Of a stretch of 64,000 nucleotides of DNA, positions 36,092 to 45,312 are shown one piece after another. Origin of the DNA: Gammaproteobacteria bacterium (GTDB lineage Bacteria; Pseudomonadota; Gammaproteobacteria; Ga0077536); assembly GCA_947450495.1 (NCBI GenBank), contig CANFVX010000001.1, forward strand, positions 16,434 to 80,433, read 5' to 3'. Made by a program: the position numbers and the translations under genes. The stretch's first letter is position 1. The number at the start of each line of letters is the position of its first letter. Under the pieces are notes generated by a model. The model did no database searches. It saw only the letters and a program-made list of their open reading frames with translations, and was not told where the DNA came from.

Positions 36092-37192
36092 TTATAGCCG
36101 CATTGGCATGATCACGTACTTAGCCCTCTCGTCATCCATTGCATAAATCACAGCGCTACTGTTGGCGTCAGACAACTCGATCCGTACGAATGGCGACTTC
36201 AGCACCGAAAGAACATCCAGAAGATAAGAGACATTGAACCCAATCTCCAGGTCAGCGCCTTCATATTCCACTTCGATGTCCTCCTCAGCTTCCTCCTGCT
36301 CCGGATTATTGGTCATCGCCTTTAGTAGGTCTCTGCTGAGCACTAGGCGCACACCTCTGAATTTTTCATTCGACAGGATGGACGTTCGCGAGAAAGCAGC
36401 CTTAATTGCCTCTCTGTTAGCAATAACCATTTTCTCGCCCTGCTTAGGTATAACCCTCTGATAATCAGGGAATTTTCCGTCAACAAGCTTCGCTATCAAC
36501 AACTGCCCAGCGATCTGTACGCTGATATGGTTTTCACCCAGAACTACCGTAACCAAGCCCTCGTGATGGCCTAGCATTCGTTGGATTTCCTGAACCGCTT
36601 TCCGGGGCACGATTACCTGGACCGGGTTTGTCAAACCGGTTGCGAGATCCCTGTCGCACAACGCCAACCGGTGACCATCTGTCGCTACAGCTCGGATAGT
36701 CGAGCTCGACAGTTCCAATAACAAACCGTTCAGGTAATAGCGGACGTCCTGATGCGCCATCGCAAACTGTGTGCTGCTAATCAGGTCTGAGAGGACGTTG
36801 GCGTCCGCTTCCAACTTGGTGACGGTGTTGAAACCTTCTACGGTCGGGAAATCCTCCGAGGGGAGCACTCCTAAACTGAACCGACTCCGCCCCGATTGGA
36901 CTTTACCTTTGCCACCACTGACATCGATTTGAAGCATTGAGTCCGGCGGCAAGCTTCGACAAATATCCAGAAGCTTCTTCGCAGGTAGCGTAGCCGAGCC
37001 CTCGCGTGCAATTTCTGCTCGACACGCGATTGAGACTTCCACTTCAAGGTCGCTCGCTGTCACCGAGAGTTCATCACCCTTAGCGGTTAGCAAAAAGTTT
37101 CCAAGGATTTGCATGGACTGCCGCCGATCCACGACGTTTCCAGCGGCTTGGAGAGCGGGTAACAATACTTCTCTACTAACAGATATTTTCAT
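36092..37192 (-). CDS. dnaN: DNA polymerase III beta sliding clamp
   Basis: 366 aa, MKISVSREVLLPALQ...three-domain clamp; canonical position after dnaA. Confidence 0.95.
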   Translation of the reverse strand: MKISVSREVLLPALQAAGNVVDRRQSMQILGNFLLTAKGDELSVTASDLEVEVSIACRAEIAREGSATLPAKKLLDICRSLPPDSMLQIDVSGGKGKVQSGRSRFSLGVLPSEDFPTVEGFNTVTKLEADANVLSDLISSTQFAMAHQDVRYYLNGLLLELSSSTIRAVATDGHRLALCDRDLATGLTNPVQVIVPRKAVQEIQRMLGHHEGLVTVVLGENHISVQIAGQLLIAKLVDGKFPDYQRVIPKQGEKMVIANREAIKAAFSRTSILSNEKFRGVRLVLSRDLLKAMTNNPEQEEAEEDIEVEYEGADLEIGFNVSYLLDVLSVLKSPFVRIELSDANSSAVIYAMDDERAKYVIMPMRL

Positions 37193-37385
37193 ATGAATAT
37201 CAGACTTATTGTGATTATTAGGCGCCGTTTTTCTGTGGAAAAGATTATTAGGTTTTAGAAATCATATGCTTAGGGTCCTCCGCCGTGCGCTGTTTAGCTG
37301 TGCATAACTACGCTGTTTATGTGCACAAAAACAAATCTTCGGATCCAAGCGGTCCCTAATTATGAATCTACCCACAGCTTCTACC
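37193..37385. promoter_or_regulatory. AT-rich dnaA-dnaN intergenic region with DnaA boxes (candidate oriC/DUE or dnaN regulatory region)
   Basis: Relaxed-consensus DnaA boxes TGTGGAAAA (37234-37242) and TGTGCATAA (37299-37307), near-box TGTGCACAA (37321-37329); 10-bp direct repeat gattattagg at 37212-37221 and 37244-37253; local AT-richness far above window average. Confidence 0.5.
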
Positions 37386-38735
37386 CTAGCTTGTAAGTAT
37401 CCGTTCCAAGTTCGAATAGTCTTCTCGTAATCGCTCTTCAATCCGCCTAAGTTCGGCAATTTTACGGCACGCATGGATGACTGTTGTGTGGTCCCTGCCG
37501 CCAAATGCATCGCCAATCTCCGGGAGGCTGTGATTCGTCAGCTCTTTCGCTAATGCCATCGCTATCTGACGAGGACGTGCGACGGACCTGTTACGTCGCT
37601 TGGACAACAGATCGGCGACACGCATCTTGAAGTACTCAGCAACCGTCCGCTGGATGTTTTCAACCGTAACCTGCTTATCTTGCAATGCGAGCAGGTCTTT
37701 AAGTGCTTCTTTTGCGAAATCGAGCGTGATGTCGGTCTGACCAGCGAAATTGGACTTCGCTACTACTCGATGCAAAGCCCCTTCGAGCTCACGAATGTTG
37801 GATTTGAATCTTTTGGCTATGAAAAAAGCCACCTCATGAGGCAATCGAATTGGTGTCGCCTGAGCTTTACTTAAAAGGATCGCAACCCGCGTTTCCAATT
37901 CAGCCGGCTCGATTGCGACTGTCAGACCCCAACCGAAGCGTGACTTAAGCCGATCTTCAATTCCCACTACCTCTTTGGGGTAACGGTCACACGTTAAAAT
38001 GACCTGCTTTTGACTTTCCAGCAGGCTATTGAATGTGTGAAACAACTCTTCCTGAGACCGTTCTTTCCCGGCGAAGAATTGAATGTCGTCAATCATCAGC
38101 GCATCGACGGAACGATAGTGTTTCTTAAAGTCGGTGATCGTGTTGTGCTGAAGGGCACGCACCATATCTGCGACAAAACGCTCGGAGTGTAAGTACGCCA
38201 CCCTAGCGGTTGGATTTTTCGAAAAAAGGTGATTTCCCACAGCGTGCATAAGATGCGTTTTCCCCAAGCCAACCCCACCGCAAATGAACAGTGGGTTGTA
38301 GGACTTGCCTGGGTTTTCTGCAATCTGAATCGAGGCTGCCCGCGCCAACTGGTTAGATTTTCCCTCAACAAAATTCTCAAACGTGAACTCTTTTCGAACG
38401 GTCGTCGGAATTCGCCTTGAAGGGCTTGCCTTCGTTGATGCAGGCGCCTTCTCTTGCACAACGCGCGTACCGACATCGGTCACATCCGCAAGGGAGCCGG
38501 CCGCCACGATCATCGTTGCGGTCACCGTTTTGCCGGAAAACTCATCCAGTAGTTCAACGATTCGAGTCCAGTAGCGTTCCCGAACCCAGTCCAGCACAAA
38601 CTTGTTGGGCGACCTGATTTCCAGCACATCCTCAGCGGTGGCAATCGCCGCTAAAGGCCGAACCCAAGTGTTGAACTGTTGGGGCGTCAGCTCTTCTTCT
38701 AACTTGGCTTTACATTGTTGCCACAGAAGGCTCAT
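37386..38735 (-). CDS. dnaA: chromosomal replication initiator DnaA
   Basis: [29 protein letters not shown]-terminus (start moved to internal ATG, complement 38733-38735), AAA+ [10 protein letters not shown], DnaA box-binding helix-turn-helix C-terminus. Confidence 0.95.
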   Translation of the reverse strand: MSLLWQQCKAKLEEELTPQQFNTWVRPLAAIATAEDVLEIRSPNKFVLDWVRERYWTRIVELLDEFSGKTVTATMIVAAGSLADVTDVGTRVVQEKAPASTKASPSRRIPTTVRKEFTFENFVEGKSNQLARAASIQIAENPGKSYNPLFICGGVGLGKTHLMHAVGNHLFSKNPTARVAYLHSERFVADMVRALQHNTITDFKKHYRSVDALMIDDIQFFAGKERSQEELFHTFNSLLESQKQVILTCDRYPKEVVGIEDRLKSRFGWGLTVAIEPAELETRVAILLSKAQATPIRLPHEVAFFIAKRFKSNIRELEGALHRVVAKSNFAGQTDITLDFAKEALKDLLALQDKQVTVENIQRTVAEYFKMRVADLLSKRRNRSVARPRQIAMALAKELTNHSLPEIGDAFGGRDHTTVIHACRKIAELRRIEERLREDYSNLERILTS

Positions 38736-38943
38736 GAGATGTTTCGGATGCTGGTCATCTATGACGGGCGACCGAGTGTATACCCGAGACACTGCCTAAG
38801 CCATTTAATGCGTAAGACTCCGGCAGGGTGTTGTTTTGATTGACACTAATCAGCATCGGAACGTATCCTCCTCGGCCCGGTAGCAGAACATAACAACGAC
38901 AGCACATCGCACTGTCCAATAGCCTTCCAGTAGAGAAACAAAG

Positions 38944-39081
38944 ATGAAACGCACCTACCAACCCAGCAAACTCAAGCGCGCCCGAGCGCACGGTTTTAGA
39001 GCCCGCATGAGAACTCGAGGCGGCCGTTCAGTCATTAGAGCCCGCCGAGCCAAAGGCCGTGCGCGTCTGACCCAAGTCTGA
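38944..39081 (+). CDS. rpmH: 50S ribosomal protein L34
   Basis: [45 protein letters not shown]. Confidence 0.95.
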   Translation: MKRTYQPSKLKRARAHGFRARMRTRGGRSVIRARRAKGRARLTQV

Positions 39082-39470
39082 GTTCCCAAGAATTTACATT
39101 TCGGCCGGAACACCGACTGAGAGAGGCGCAGGCTTTCGACGCCCTTTTCAAAAGCGGCACCCGCGCATCTGACAAATTCTTCACCTACATCGCTTTACCC
39201 AATACGCTCGGCCACGCGCGACTCGGCATCGCGGTTAGCAAGAAATCGCTTCGTTTAGCAGTTGACCGGAACCGGGCTAAACGAATTATCCGCGAGAGCT
39301 TCCGCCACTCGAGCGTACGAAACATCCCCATGGATATCGTTGTGCTAGCGAAAAATACTGTAGCTGGCCAGTCTCCTGAACTCCTGGTCAAAGCACTGTC
39401 TGACCGCTGGCCTACCTTGATCATCTTTCACACCCGTCTAACCTCAAGCCCCACCGGTAAATCCTTGTGA
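39078..39470 (+). CDS. rnpA: RNase P protein component (start codon uncertain; no in-frame ATG/GTG/TTG)
   Basis: Frame-0 translation ...[74 protein letters not shown]... aligns to RnpA; only candidate initiator is CTG at 39078 overlapping the rpmH TGA. Confidence 0.7.
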   Translation: MSSQEFTFRPEHRLREAQAFDALFKSGTRASDKFFTYIALPNTLGHARLGIAVSKKSLRLAVDRNRAKRIIRESFRHSSVRNIPMDIVVLAKNTVAGQSPELLVKALSDRWPTLIIFHTRLTSSPTGKSL

Positions 39471-41089
39471 CGACCGAAAACATTCGCCTGTTGCTAGTCA
39501 TTTTGCTCAGTTTTGTCGGCCTCCTCTTGTGGGAGGCTTGGCAAAGAGACTATGGATCTCACCCAACCAGCGAACCGGTAGCGCTTCAGCCCCCCCCTGT
39601 CTCTACTCCAACGCTCCCCTCCCCAACTCCGGCAACGCCGCCAGATTCAGCATCTGCAACCCCAGCGACCACGAAATCGCCACTGAGAGTCGAAACCGAT
39701 GTTCTGGCTCTCGAAGTAAACCCGGTGGGCGGCGTATTGCAGAAACTTACCCTGCTGAAATACGCCGACTCTGATCAGCAGTCTGGTTTGGCCTACGACT
39801 TACTATCGCCAAGCGCGGAGCACGAATTCCTTGCCGAGGCCGGGTTAAAGGGCGCAGAGCTTAGCGCCGATCACTACACTGTTTTTGAGTCCCCTCAGAC
39901 TCAATACGCACTAGCTCCCGGTCAGGATGTTTTAGAAGTACCGCTGCGCTGGCACTCTGCCAATGGCCTGGAGGTCACCCGTACCCTGATATTTCACAGA
40001 GGCTCTTACGCTGTCGAAGAGCGCTTCGATGTTCACAACACCGGCCCGTCGCCATGGACATTTAATCACTACCAACAGCTCAAACGTCTGAGCATGCCGG
40101 CTGGTCGTCAGTTGGTCCCAACCTTCACTGGCGTTGCCGTTTCTACGCCTGAAAAGCACTACAGCAAGCACAAATTTACCGATCTCAAAGATGAACCAAT
40201 TGATGCAGACGTTACGGCAGGTTGGCTCGCTGTTGTTGAGCACTACTTTCTCGCAGCGCTCATTCCGAATCCTCAGGTTAAGCAGCACTTCTACTCGTAT
40301 GCCCTGACGAGTAATCGCTACATCGTCGGATTTTACGGCCCTGCGGTGACTGTCCCGAGTGGCGGCAGCGCGACGGTTTCAAATCGACTTTTTCTGGGCC
40401 CCAAGCTTCAGGAAACCTTACCGACGATTGCACCTGGCCTTGAGTTAACCGTCGATTACGGTGTGCTGTGGTTCATCGCTCAATTCCTTTTTTCAGTTCT
40501 CAAAATTCTGCACGCAGTACTGGGCAACTGGGGCTGGTCAATCATCGTTCTGACTCTGCTCATCAAACTTGCGTTCTATCCACTTTCTGCCGCTGGGTAT
40601 CGCTCGATGGCGAGAATGCGGGCGGTCCAACCCCGCTTGCTCCAGTTGCGGGAACGCTACGCCGAAGACAAAGCCAAACTTAATCAGGCAATGATGGAAA
40701 TGTACAAGCAGGAGAAGATAAATCCGCTTGGCGGCTGCTTTCCGATTGTGGTTCAAATCCCGGTGTTCATTTCCTTGTACTGGATGATTTTGGAGAGCAT
40801 CGAATTACGTCAGGCGCCTTTCATTTTCTGGATTCAGGACCTGTCGACCAAGGATCCGTTTTATGTTCTGCCCGGCCTGATGCTGATCAGCATGGTGATT
40901 CAAACCCGACTCAACCCCACACCACCCGACCCGGTACAGGCCAAGGTCATGCAGATCATGCCCATCGCCTTTGGCGTCTTCTTTGCCTTTTTCCCGGCGG
41001 GACTGGTGCTTTACTGGTTGGTGAATAACGTGTTGTCGATTTCCCAACAGTGGTACATCACTCGCCAGATAGAGAAGGCTGCGGGATAA
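39467..41089 (+). CDS. yidC: membrane protein insertase YidC
   Basis: GTG start overlapping rnpA stop; large periplasmic P1 domain then 5-TM core with conserved C-terminal motifs. Confidence 0.95.
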   Translation: MTTENIRLLLVILLSFVGLLLWEAWQRDYGSHPTSEPVALQPPPVSTPTLPSPTPATPPDSASATPATTKSPLRVETDVLALEVNPVGGVLQKLTLLKYADSDQQSGLAYDLLSPSAEHEFLAEAGLKGAELSADHYTVFESPQTQYALAPGQDVLEVPLRWHSANGLEVTRTLIFHRGSYAVEERFDVHNTGPSPWTFNHYQQLKRLSMPAGRQLVPTFTGVAVSTPEKHYSKHKFTDLKDEPIDADVTAGWLAVVEHYFLAALIPNPQVKQHFYSYALTSNRYIVGFYGPAVTVPSGGSATVSNRLFLGPKLQETLPTIAPGLELTVDYGVLWFIAQFLFSVLKILHAVLGNWGWSIIVLTLLIKLAFYPLSAAGYRSMARMRAVQPRLLQLRERYAEDKAKLNQAMMEMYKQEKINPLGGCFPIVVQIPVFISLYWMILESIELRQAPFIFWIQDLSTKDPFYVLPGLMLISMVIQTRLNPTPPDPVQAKVMQIMPIAFGVFFAFFPAGLVLYWLVNNVLSISQQWYITRQIEKAAG

Positions 41090-41115
41090 GTCGGCATCCC
41101 GGCGAGCGCTCCGCT

Positions 41116-42459
41116 ATGCGAGGTTCCGCCGACACCATCGCCGCTATAGCCACAGCGCCTGGCCGTGGCGCGATCGGGATCGTGCGCATCTCCGGCAGAG
41201 ATCTCGCGGGTCTCTTGCAGCCCGTTATCGGCGTGCTGCCGGCTCCTCGAGCGGCGACACTCCGCAAGTTCTACGCGCCAGACCAAAACTTGATAGATCA
41301 GGGGCTGGTGATTTTCTTCCCCGGCCCCTTTTCCTATACGGGTGAAGACCTGATCGAACTCCACGCGCATGGGGGTCCCGCCGTATTGAAGACCTTGCTC
41401 AGCGCAATCTATGCAACCGGTGCACGGCCAGCGCGACCAGGCGAGTTTACAGAACGCGCTTTCCTCAACGAGAAAATCGACCTTTTACAGGCCGAGGCGG
41501 TAGCTTCTCTGATAGAGGCTTCCAGTCATCACGCCGCTTCAGCGGCCGCCCGCGCGTGCACTGGAGAATTTTCCCATCGCGTCAGTTTGATCAACGAATC
41601 GATTGTCCGATTACGGGTTTTTCTGGAAGCCCACATCGATTTCGGTGATGAAGTCGCGGTTGATCTCACACCAGTCCAGCATCAATTCCAAACGCTGACG
41701 GAAAGCCTGTCGCAGTTGCTAGCTGTCGCTAGTCAAGGCGCGAAGCTGAACGATGGTCTCGACATCGCGATTGTCGGGCGGCCAAATAGCGGCAAGTCCA
41801 CGCTCCTCAACCGGCTTTGCGGAGAAGACCGGGCCATTGTCACGCCCATTCCGGGGACCACCCGCGATGTCCTCTCCGTAGACGTTGACTTGAATGGTCT
41901 GTGTTTACGCATTCACGATACGGCGGGTCTGCGAGAAACCGAAGACATCGTGGAGCAGGAAGGCGTAAAGCGTGCGCTCTCGCAACTAGAACGCGCTGAA
42001 ATCCTTATCCACGTTGTTTCCGTTGAAGACGCCGAACTCCCCGCACCACCAGAGATCTTAACGGCCGAAAAAGCACAAAAAAATGTGCTTACCGTGATTA
42101 ACAAGATAGACCTTCGTCAGGAGTCGCCCACCCTGCTCCAGCACGACGGACTCTTTCAGGTCCGAATATCCGCGCTGAGGGATCAAGGCCTTTCTCTCGT
42201 GAAAGAAGCGCTGCATGAAATCGCCGGCGCCCAGCACATCACGGATGCACCGTTTATTGCCCGCGCCCGCCATGTGGATGCACTTCAGCGTTGTCTGACC
42301 GCCAGCCTGACCGGTGCAGCCGAGTGCATGGATGGCGCCATAGAATTGGCCTGTGAACAACTGCGTGTCGCGAGTTTATGTCTTGAGGAGATGACCGGCG
42401 TTTATACCAACGAAGACCTGTTGGGCGATATTTTTTCCACGTTCTGTATTGGCAAGTAG
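41116..42459 (+). CDS. mnmE: tRNA modification GTPase MnmE (TrmE)
   Basis: G domain GRPNSGKSTLLN, DTAG, NKID; C-terminal CIGK motif. Confidence 0.95.
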   Translation: MRGSADTIAAIATAPGRGAIGIVRISGRDLAGLLQPVIGVLPAPRAATLRKFYAPDQNLIDQGLVIFFPGPFSYTGEDLIELHAHGGPAVLKTLLSAIYATGARPARPGEFTERAFLNEKIDLLQAEAVASLIEASSHHAASAAARACTGEFSHRVSLINESIVRLRVFLEAHIDFGDEVAVDLTPVQHQFQTLTESLSQLLAVASQGAKLNDGLDIAIVGRPNSGKSTLLNRLCGEDRAIVTPIPGTTRDVLSVDVDLNGLCLRIHDTAGLRETEDIVEQEGVKRALSQLERAEILIHVVSVEDAELPAPPEILTAEKAQKNVLTVINKIDLRQESPTLLQHDGLFQVRISALRDQGLSLVKEALHEIAGAQHITDAPFIARARHVDALQRCLTASLTGAAECMDGAIELACEQLRVASLCLEEMTGVYTNEDLLGDIFSTFCIGK

Positions 42460-42481
42460 TTGTCGATACTAGACGCTTGCC

Positions 42482-43408
42482 ATGCAGCGCCTGCTTTTCA
42501 TCACGCTCAGTAATATTGGCGACGTTGTTCTCACGACGCCGGCGTTGCTCGCGCTACACCAAGCGTGGCCCGATGCCCAGATTGATATCGTTGCTGACCG
42601 CCGCTCAAGCGATGTTCTGAAACATTGCCCGTTTGTGGGCGAGCTTTTTCATCGCGACAAAGGCGCTGGAATCGGGGTGCACTGGTCTTTGCTCAAGCAG
42701 TTAAGGCGCCGCCGCTACGATGTCGTCGTCGACCTGCGCACCGACTTCCTGCCCTGGCTGCTCCGCGCTGATCATAGGAGCGCCAAATGGCTTGCGCCGA
42801 AGGTCTTGGGTCATGCCGTGCAGAGACATGTGGCTGCACTGCTGCCCATCATGCCAAGCCTCCAACACATCCCTGACCCGCAGGTGTGGACCAGTCTCGC
42901 GGCCGAAGAATGGGCTGGCCTACAGCTAAAGCCATACAGCGGACGCGTGCTTGCCATCGCTCCCGGTGCTAACTGGGCCCCGAAGTGTTGGCCTTTAGCC
43001 CGTTACATCGCGCTTGCCCAGCGGCTTACGCCAGAGTTCGATGCGCTGGTGATTTTCGGCAGTCCGGCGGAAGCAGGAGCCGCTCAGGCGATCGAAAGCG
43101 CTGTCGCGTTGCCGGTGCTCAATCTTGCCGGGCAGACCACGCTACCGCAGGCGGTCGCCGCGCTGAGTTATTGTCATGCTTTTGTGGGCAACGACTCCGG
43201 CCTTGGTCATCTGGCAGCCGCATGCCGGGTACCGACCCTAAGCATCTTTGGACCGGGTCATCCAGCGCGCTATAGACCCTGGGGATCGCTGGCTGCAGTC
43301 ATTTGCGCGCCCGCTGCCGATCTGAACCAGTTGCCGGTTAATCTGGTCGCCGAACGGCTGCGCGACCATTTGTGCCAACTCCGCCAATCAACCAAGCGGC
43401 AAAGCTAG
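42482..43408 (+). CDS. glycosyltransferase family 9 (LPS heptosyltransferase-like)
   Basis: GT9 N-terminal motif LSNIGDVVLTTPAL and C-terminal GNDSGLGHLAAA. Confidence 0.8.
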   Translation: MQRLLFITLSNIGDVVLTTPALLALHQAWPDAQIDIVADRRSSDVLKHCPFVGELFHRDKGAGIGVHWSLLKQLRRRRYDVVVDLRTDFLPWLLRADHRSAKWLAPKVLGHAVQRHVAALLPIMPSLQHIPDPQVWTSLAAEEWAGLQLKPYSGRVLAIAPGANWAPKCWPLARYIALAQRLTPEFDALVIFGSPAEAGAAQAIESAVALPVLNLAGQTTLPQAVAALSYCHAFVGNDSGLGHLAAACRVPTLSIFGPGHPARYRPWGSLAAVICAPAADLNQLPVNLVAERLRDHLCQLRQSTKRQS

Positions 43409-43410
43409 CG

Positions 43411-44193
43411 ATGACGTCTCAGATCATCCCGAAGACACTCCCTTGTTTTGTGATCAGCCTGCAGCAGGATACGGAGCGACAAGAGCACATGCATCGACAA
43501 CTCGATGCCTTGGGTCTCCACGCGGAGTTCGTGCCCGCAGTGAATGGCAGTAAGCTCTCACCCGCAGATTGGTCCCAGTACGACCGCGAGCGCACCCTAC
43601 AGATTTACGGCGTCGAGATGATGCCTAATGAGATTGGATGTTTCCTTAGCCACTACCGACTTTACGAGCGGGTCGTGCGAGAGAACCTGCCCGTCGCGCT
43701 CATCATGGAAGATGATTTGGAAATCCGGTCCGAATTCCCGCTGGTTTTGGCGGATTTGCTGAAAGCAGAGCATCCGCGCTGGGCCGTCGTGCGCTTCGAG
43801 TCGCAGCGCGGTCGGGTGATCAATCCCAAGACCCATCGTGATCGCGGCGTCACGGTACAGACGCTGCGCGAAGGCGAGCTCGTGAAGCTCAAGATTCACG
43901 TGCTTGGGCTTGGCGCTTATCTCATTTCCTTGGACGGCGCGCGTCGGATGTTGGCGCATGGCCGCAAGATATTCATGCCGATCGACCAAACGATGGACAG
44001 GTTTTGGGAGAACGGCATCGAGCCTTACATCGTGCGACCCCTCCAGGTGCGCCAGCGCCCGGAGCTTACCTCCCGCATCGGCACCCGCGCCTATGAACGG
44101 CGACGCAAGGTGTCCTGGTCGGTCAAACTACAGCGGCGCCTGCAAAGGATGAGGGACAGCCTGAACAAGCGCGCTTACTGGCTTTTTCACTGA
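43411..44193 (+). CDS. glycosyltransferase family 25 (Lic2B/LgtB-like LPS glycosyltransferase)
   Basis: GT25 N-terminus CFVISLQQDTERQEHMHRQL...FVPAVNG, GCFLSHY motif. Confidence 0.7.
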   Translation: MTSQIIPKTLPCFVISLQQDTERQEHMHRQLDALGLHAEFVPAVNGSKLSPADWSQYDRERTLQIYGVEMMPNEIGCFLSHYRLYERVVRENLPVALIMEDDLEIRSEFPLVLADLLKAEHPRWAVVRFESQRGRVINPKTHRDRGVTVQTLREGELVKLKIHVLGLGAYLISLDGARRMLAHGRKIFMPIDQTMDRFWENGIEPYIVRPLQVRQRPELTSRIGTRAYERRRKVSWSVKLQRRLQRMRDSLNKRAYWLFH

Positions 44194-45302
44194 GCGGCCA
44201 GAGTCTCGACGATGCTGCTGGCGGCGGTGCCGTCGCCATAAACGTTCCGACGCACCGCCAGCCGTTCGTAAGCCGCGCGGTCACCTAACAACTCGCTCAC
44301 ACAAGCCACAATCGTCGCCGAATCAACACCGGCCAGCAGCGCAGTGCCCGCTTCAACCCCTTCCTGGCGCTCGGTTACTTTGCGCATCACCACGGTTGGC
44401 TTACCAAGTTCTACGGCTTCTTCCTGGATGCCTCCGGAATCGGTCATCACCAGATAGCTTCTGGACAGCAGATGCGCGAAACCGGGGTATTGCAGCGGGG
44501 TCGTCAACAGGACGTTCGCCAGCCCGCCCAACAACGCATGCGCTGGCTGTAAGACCTCCGGGTTGGGATGCACCGGAAAGATGAATAACACCGCGGGAAA
44601 ACGCGCCGCCAGTTCGGCGACGGCCCGCAGAATCTCTGCCATATCCTGACCGAAACTCTCCCGGCGATGACAGGTCACGAGCACAAATCGTTGTGTGAGC
44701 AAGTCCGGTACGCGGCTCACCAGATCTTCCGGCAAAGCGTCCGGCAGATGGGTCAGCACCCAGTGCAATGAATCAATGGCCGTGTTGCCCGTCACGTGGA
44801 TCTGGCTCGCGGGGATACCTTCGGTGAGCAAGTTCTGCGCGGCCCGTGCGGTCGGCGCGAAATGCAGGTCCGCAATGTCGGCCACCAGCCGACGATAGAC
44901 TTCTTCGGGGAATGGCCCGTATTTGTCGCCGGTTCGCAAGCCGGCCTCAATGTGCGCGACTTTGGTTTGGCGAAGATAGCCCGCCAGCGCGCCGACAAAA
45001 GCGGTCGCCGTGTCACCTTGCACGACCACCCACGCGGGGTTTGCGCTCGCCATCACGGCGCCAAGCGCGGGCAACATCGCGCCCACCAAATCGAACTGCG
45101 ATTGACCCGCACGCATCAGCGCAAGGTCATAGTCCGGCGTCAGTGCCAGCGCTTGGAGCGTATCGGTGAGTAACTCGCGATGCTGGCCGGTGACCGCCAG
45201 CAGCACCTCGAAACGCTCATCCGCCTGGAGCGCGCGATAGACCGGCGCGAGTTTGATGGCTTCGGGACGTGTTCCCAGAACGAGCAGGATGCGATCGGCC
45301 AT
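44187..45302 (-). CDS. wecB: UDP-N-acetylglucosamine 2-epimerase (non-hydrolysing)
   Basis: ILLVLGTRPEAIKLAPV...HIEAGLRT...DSGGIQEEA motifs; start at MADRILL (complement 45300-45302). Confidence 0.85.
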   Translation of the reverse strand: MADRILLVLGTRPEAIKLAPVYRALQADERFEVLLAVTGQHRELLTDTLQALALTPDYDLALMRAGQSQFDLVGAMLPALGAVMASANPAWVVVQGDTATAFVGALAGYLRQTKVAHIEAGLRTGDKYGPFPEEVYRRLVADIADLHFAPTARAAQNLLTEGIPASQIHVTGNTAIDSLHWVLTHLPDALPEDLVSRVPDLLTQRFVLVTCHRRESFGQDMAEILRAVAELAARFPAVLFIFPVHPNPEVLQPAHALLGGLANVLLTTPLQYPGFAHLLSRSYLVMTDSGGIQEEAVELGKPTVVMRKVTERQEGVEAGTALLAGVDSATIVACVSELLGDRAAYERLAVRRNVYGDGTAASSIVETLAAQ

Positions 45303-45312
45303 AAGGATTCCT

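Noticed and set aside
38736-38792. 19-aa N-terminal extension of DnaA ([19 protein letters not shown])
   Set aside because: Conserved DnaA N-terminus MSLLWQQC... starts at the second Met; extension not conserved in character
38736-38943. oriC in the rpmH-dnaA spacer (Pseudomonas model)
   Set aside because: Not rejected outright, but I could not find any TTATCCACA-like box or DUE there by manual scan; kept as a finding rather than a feature
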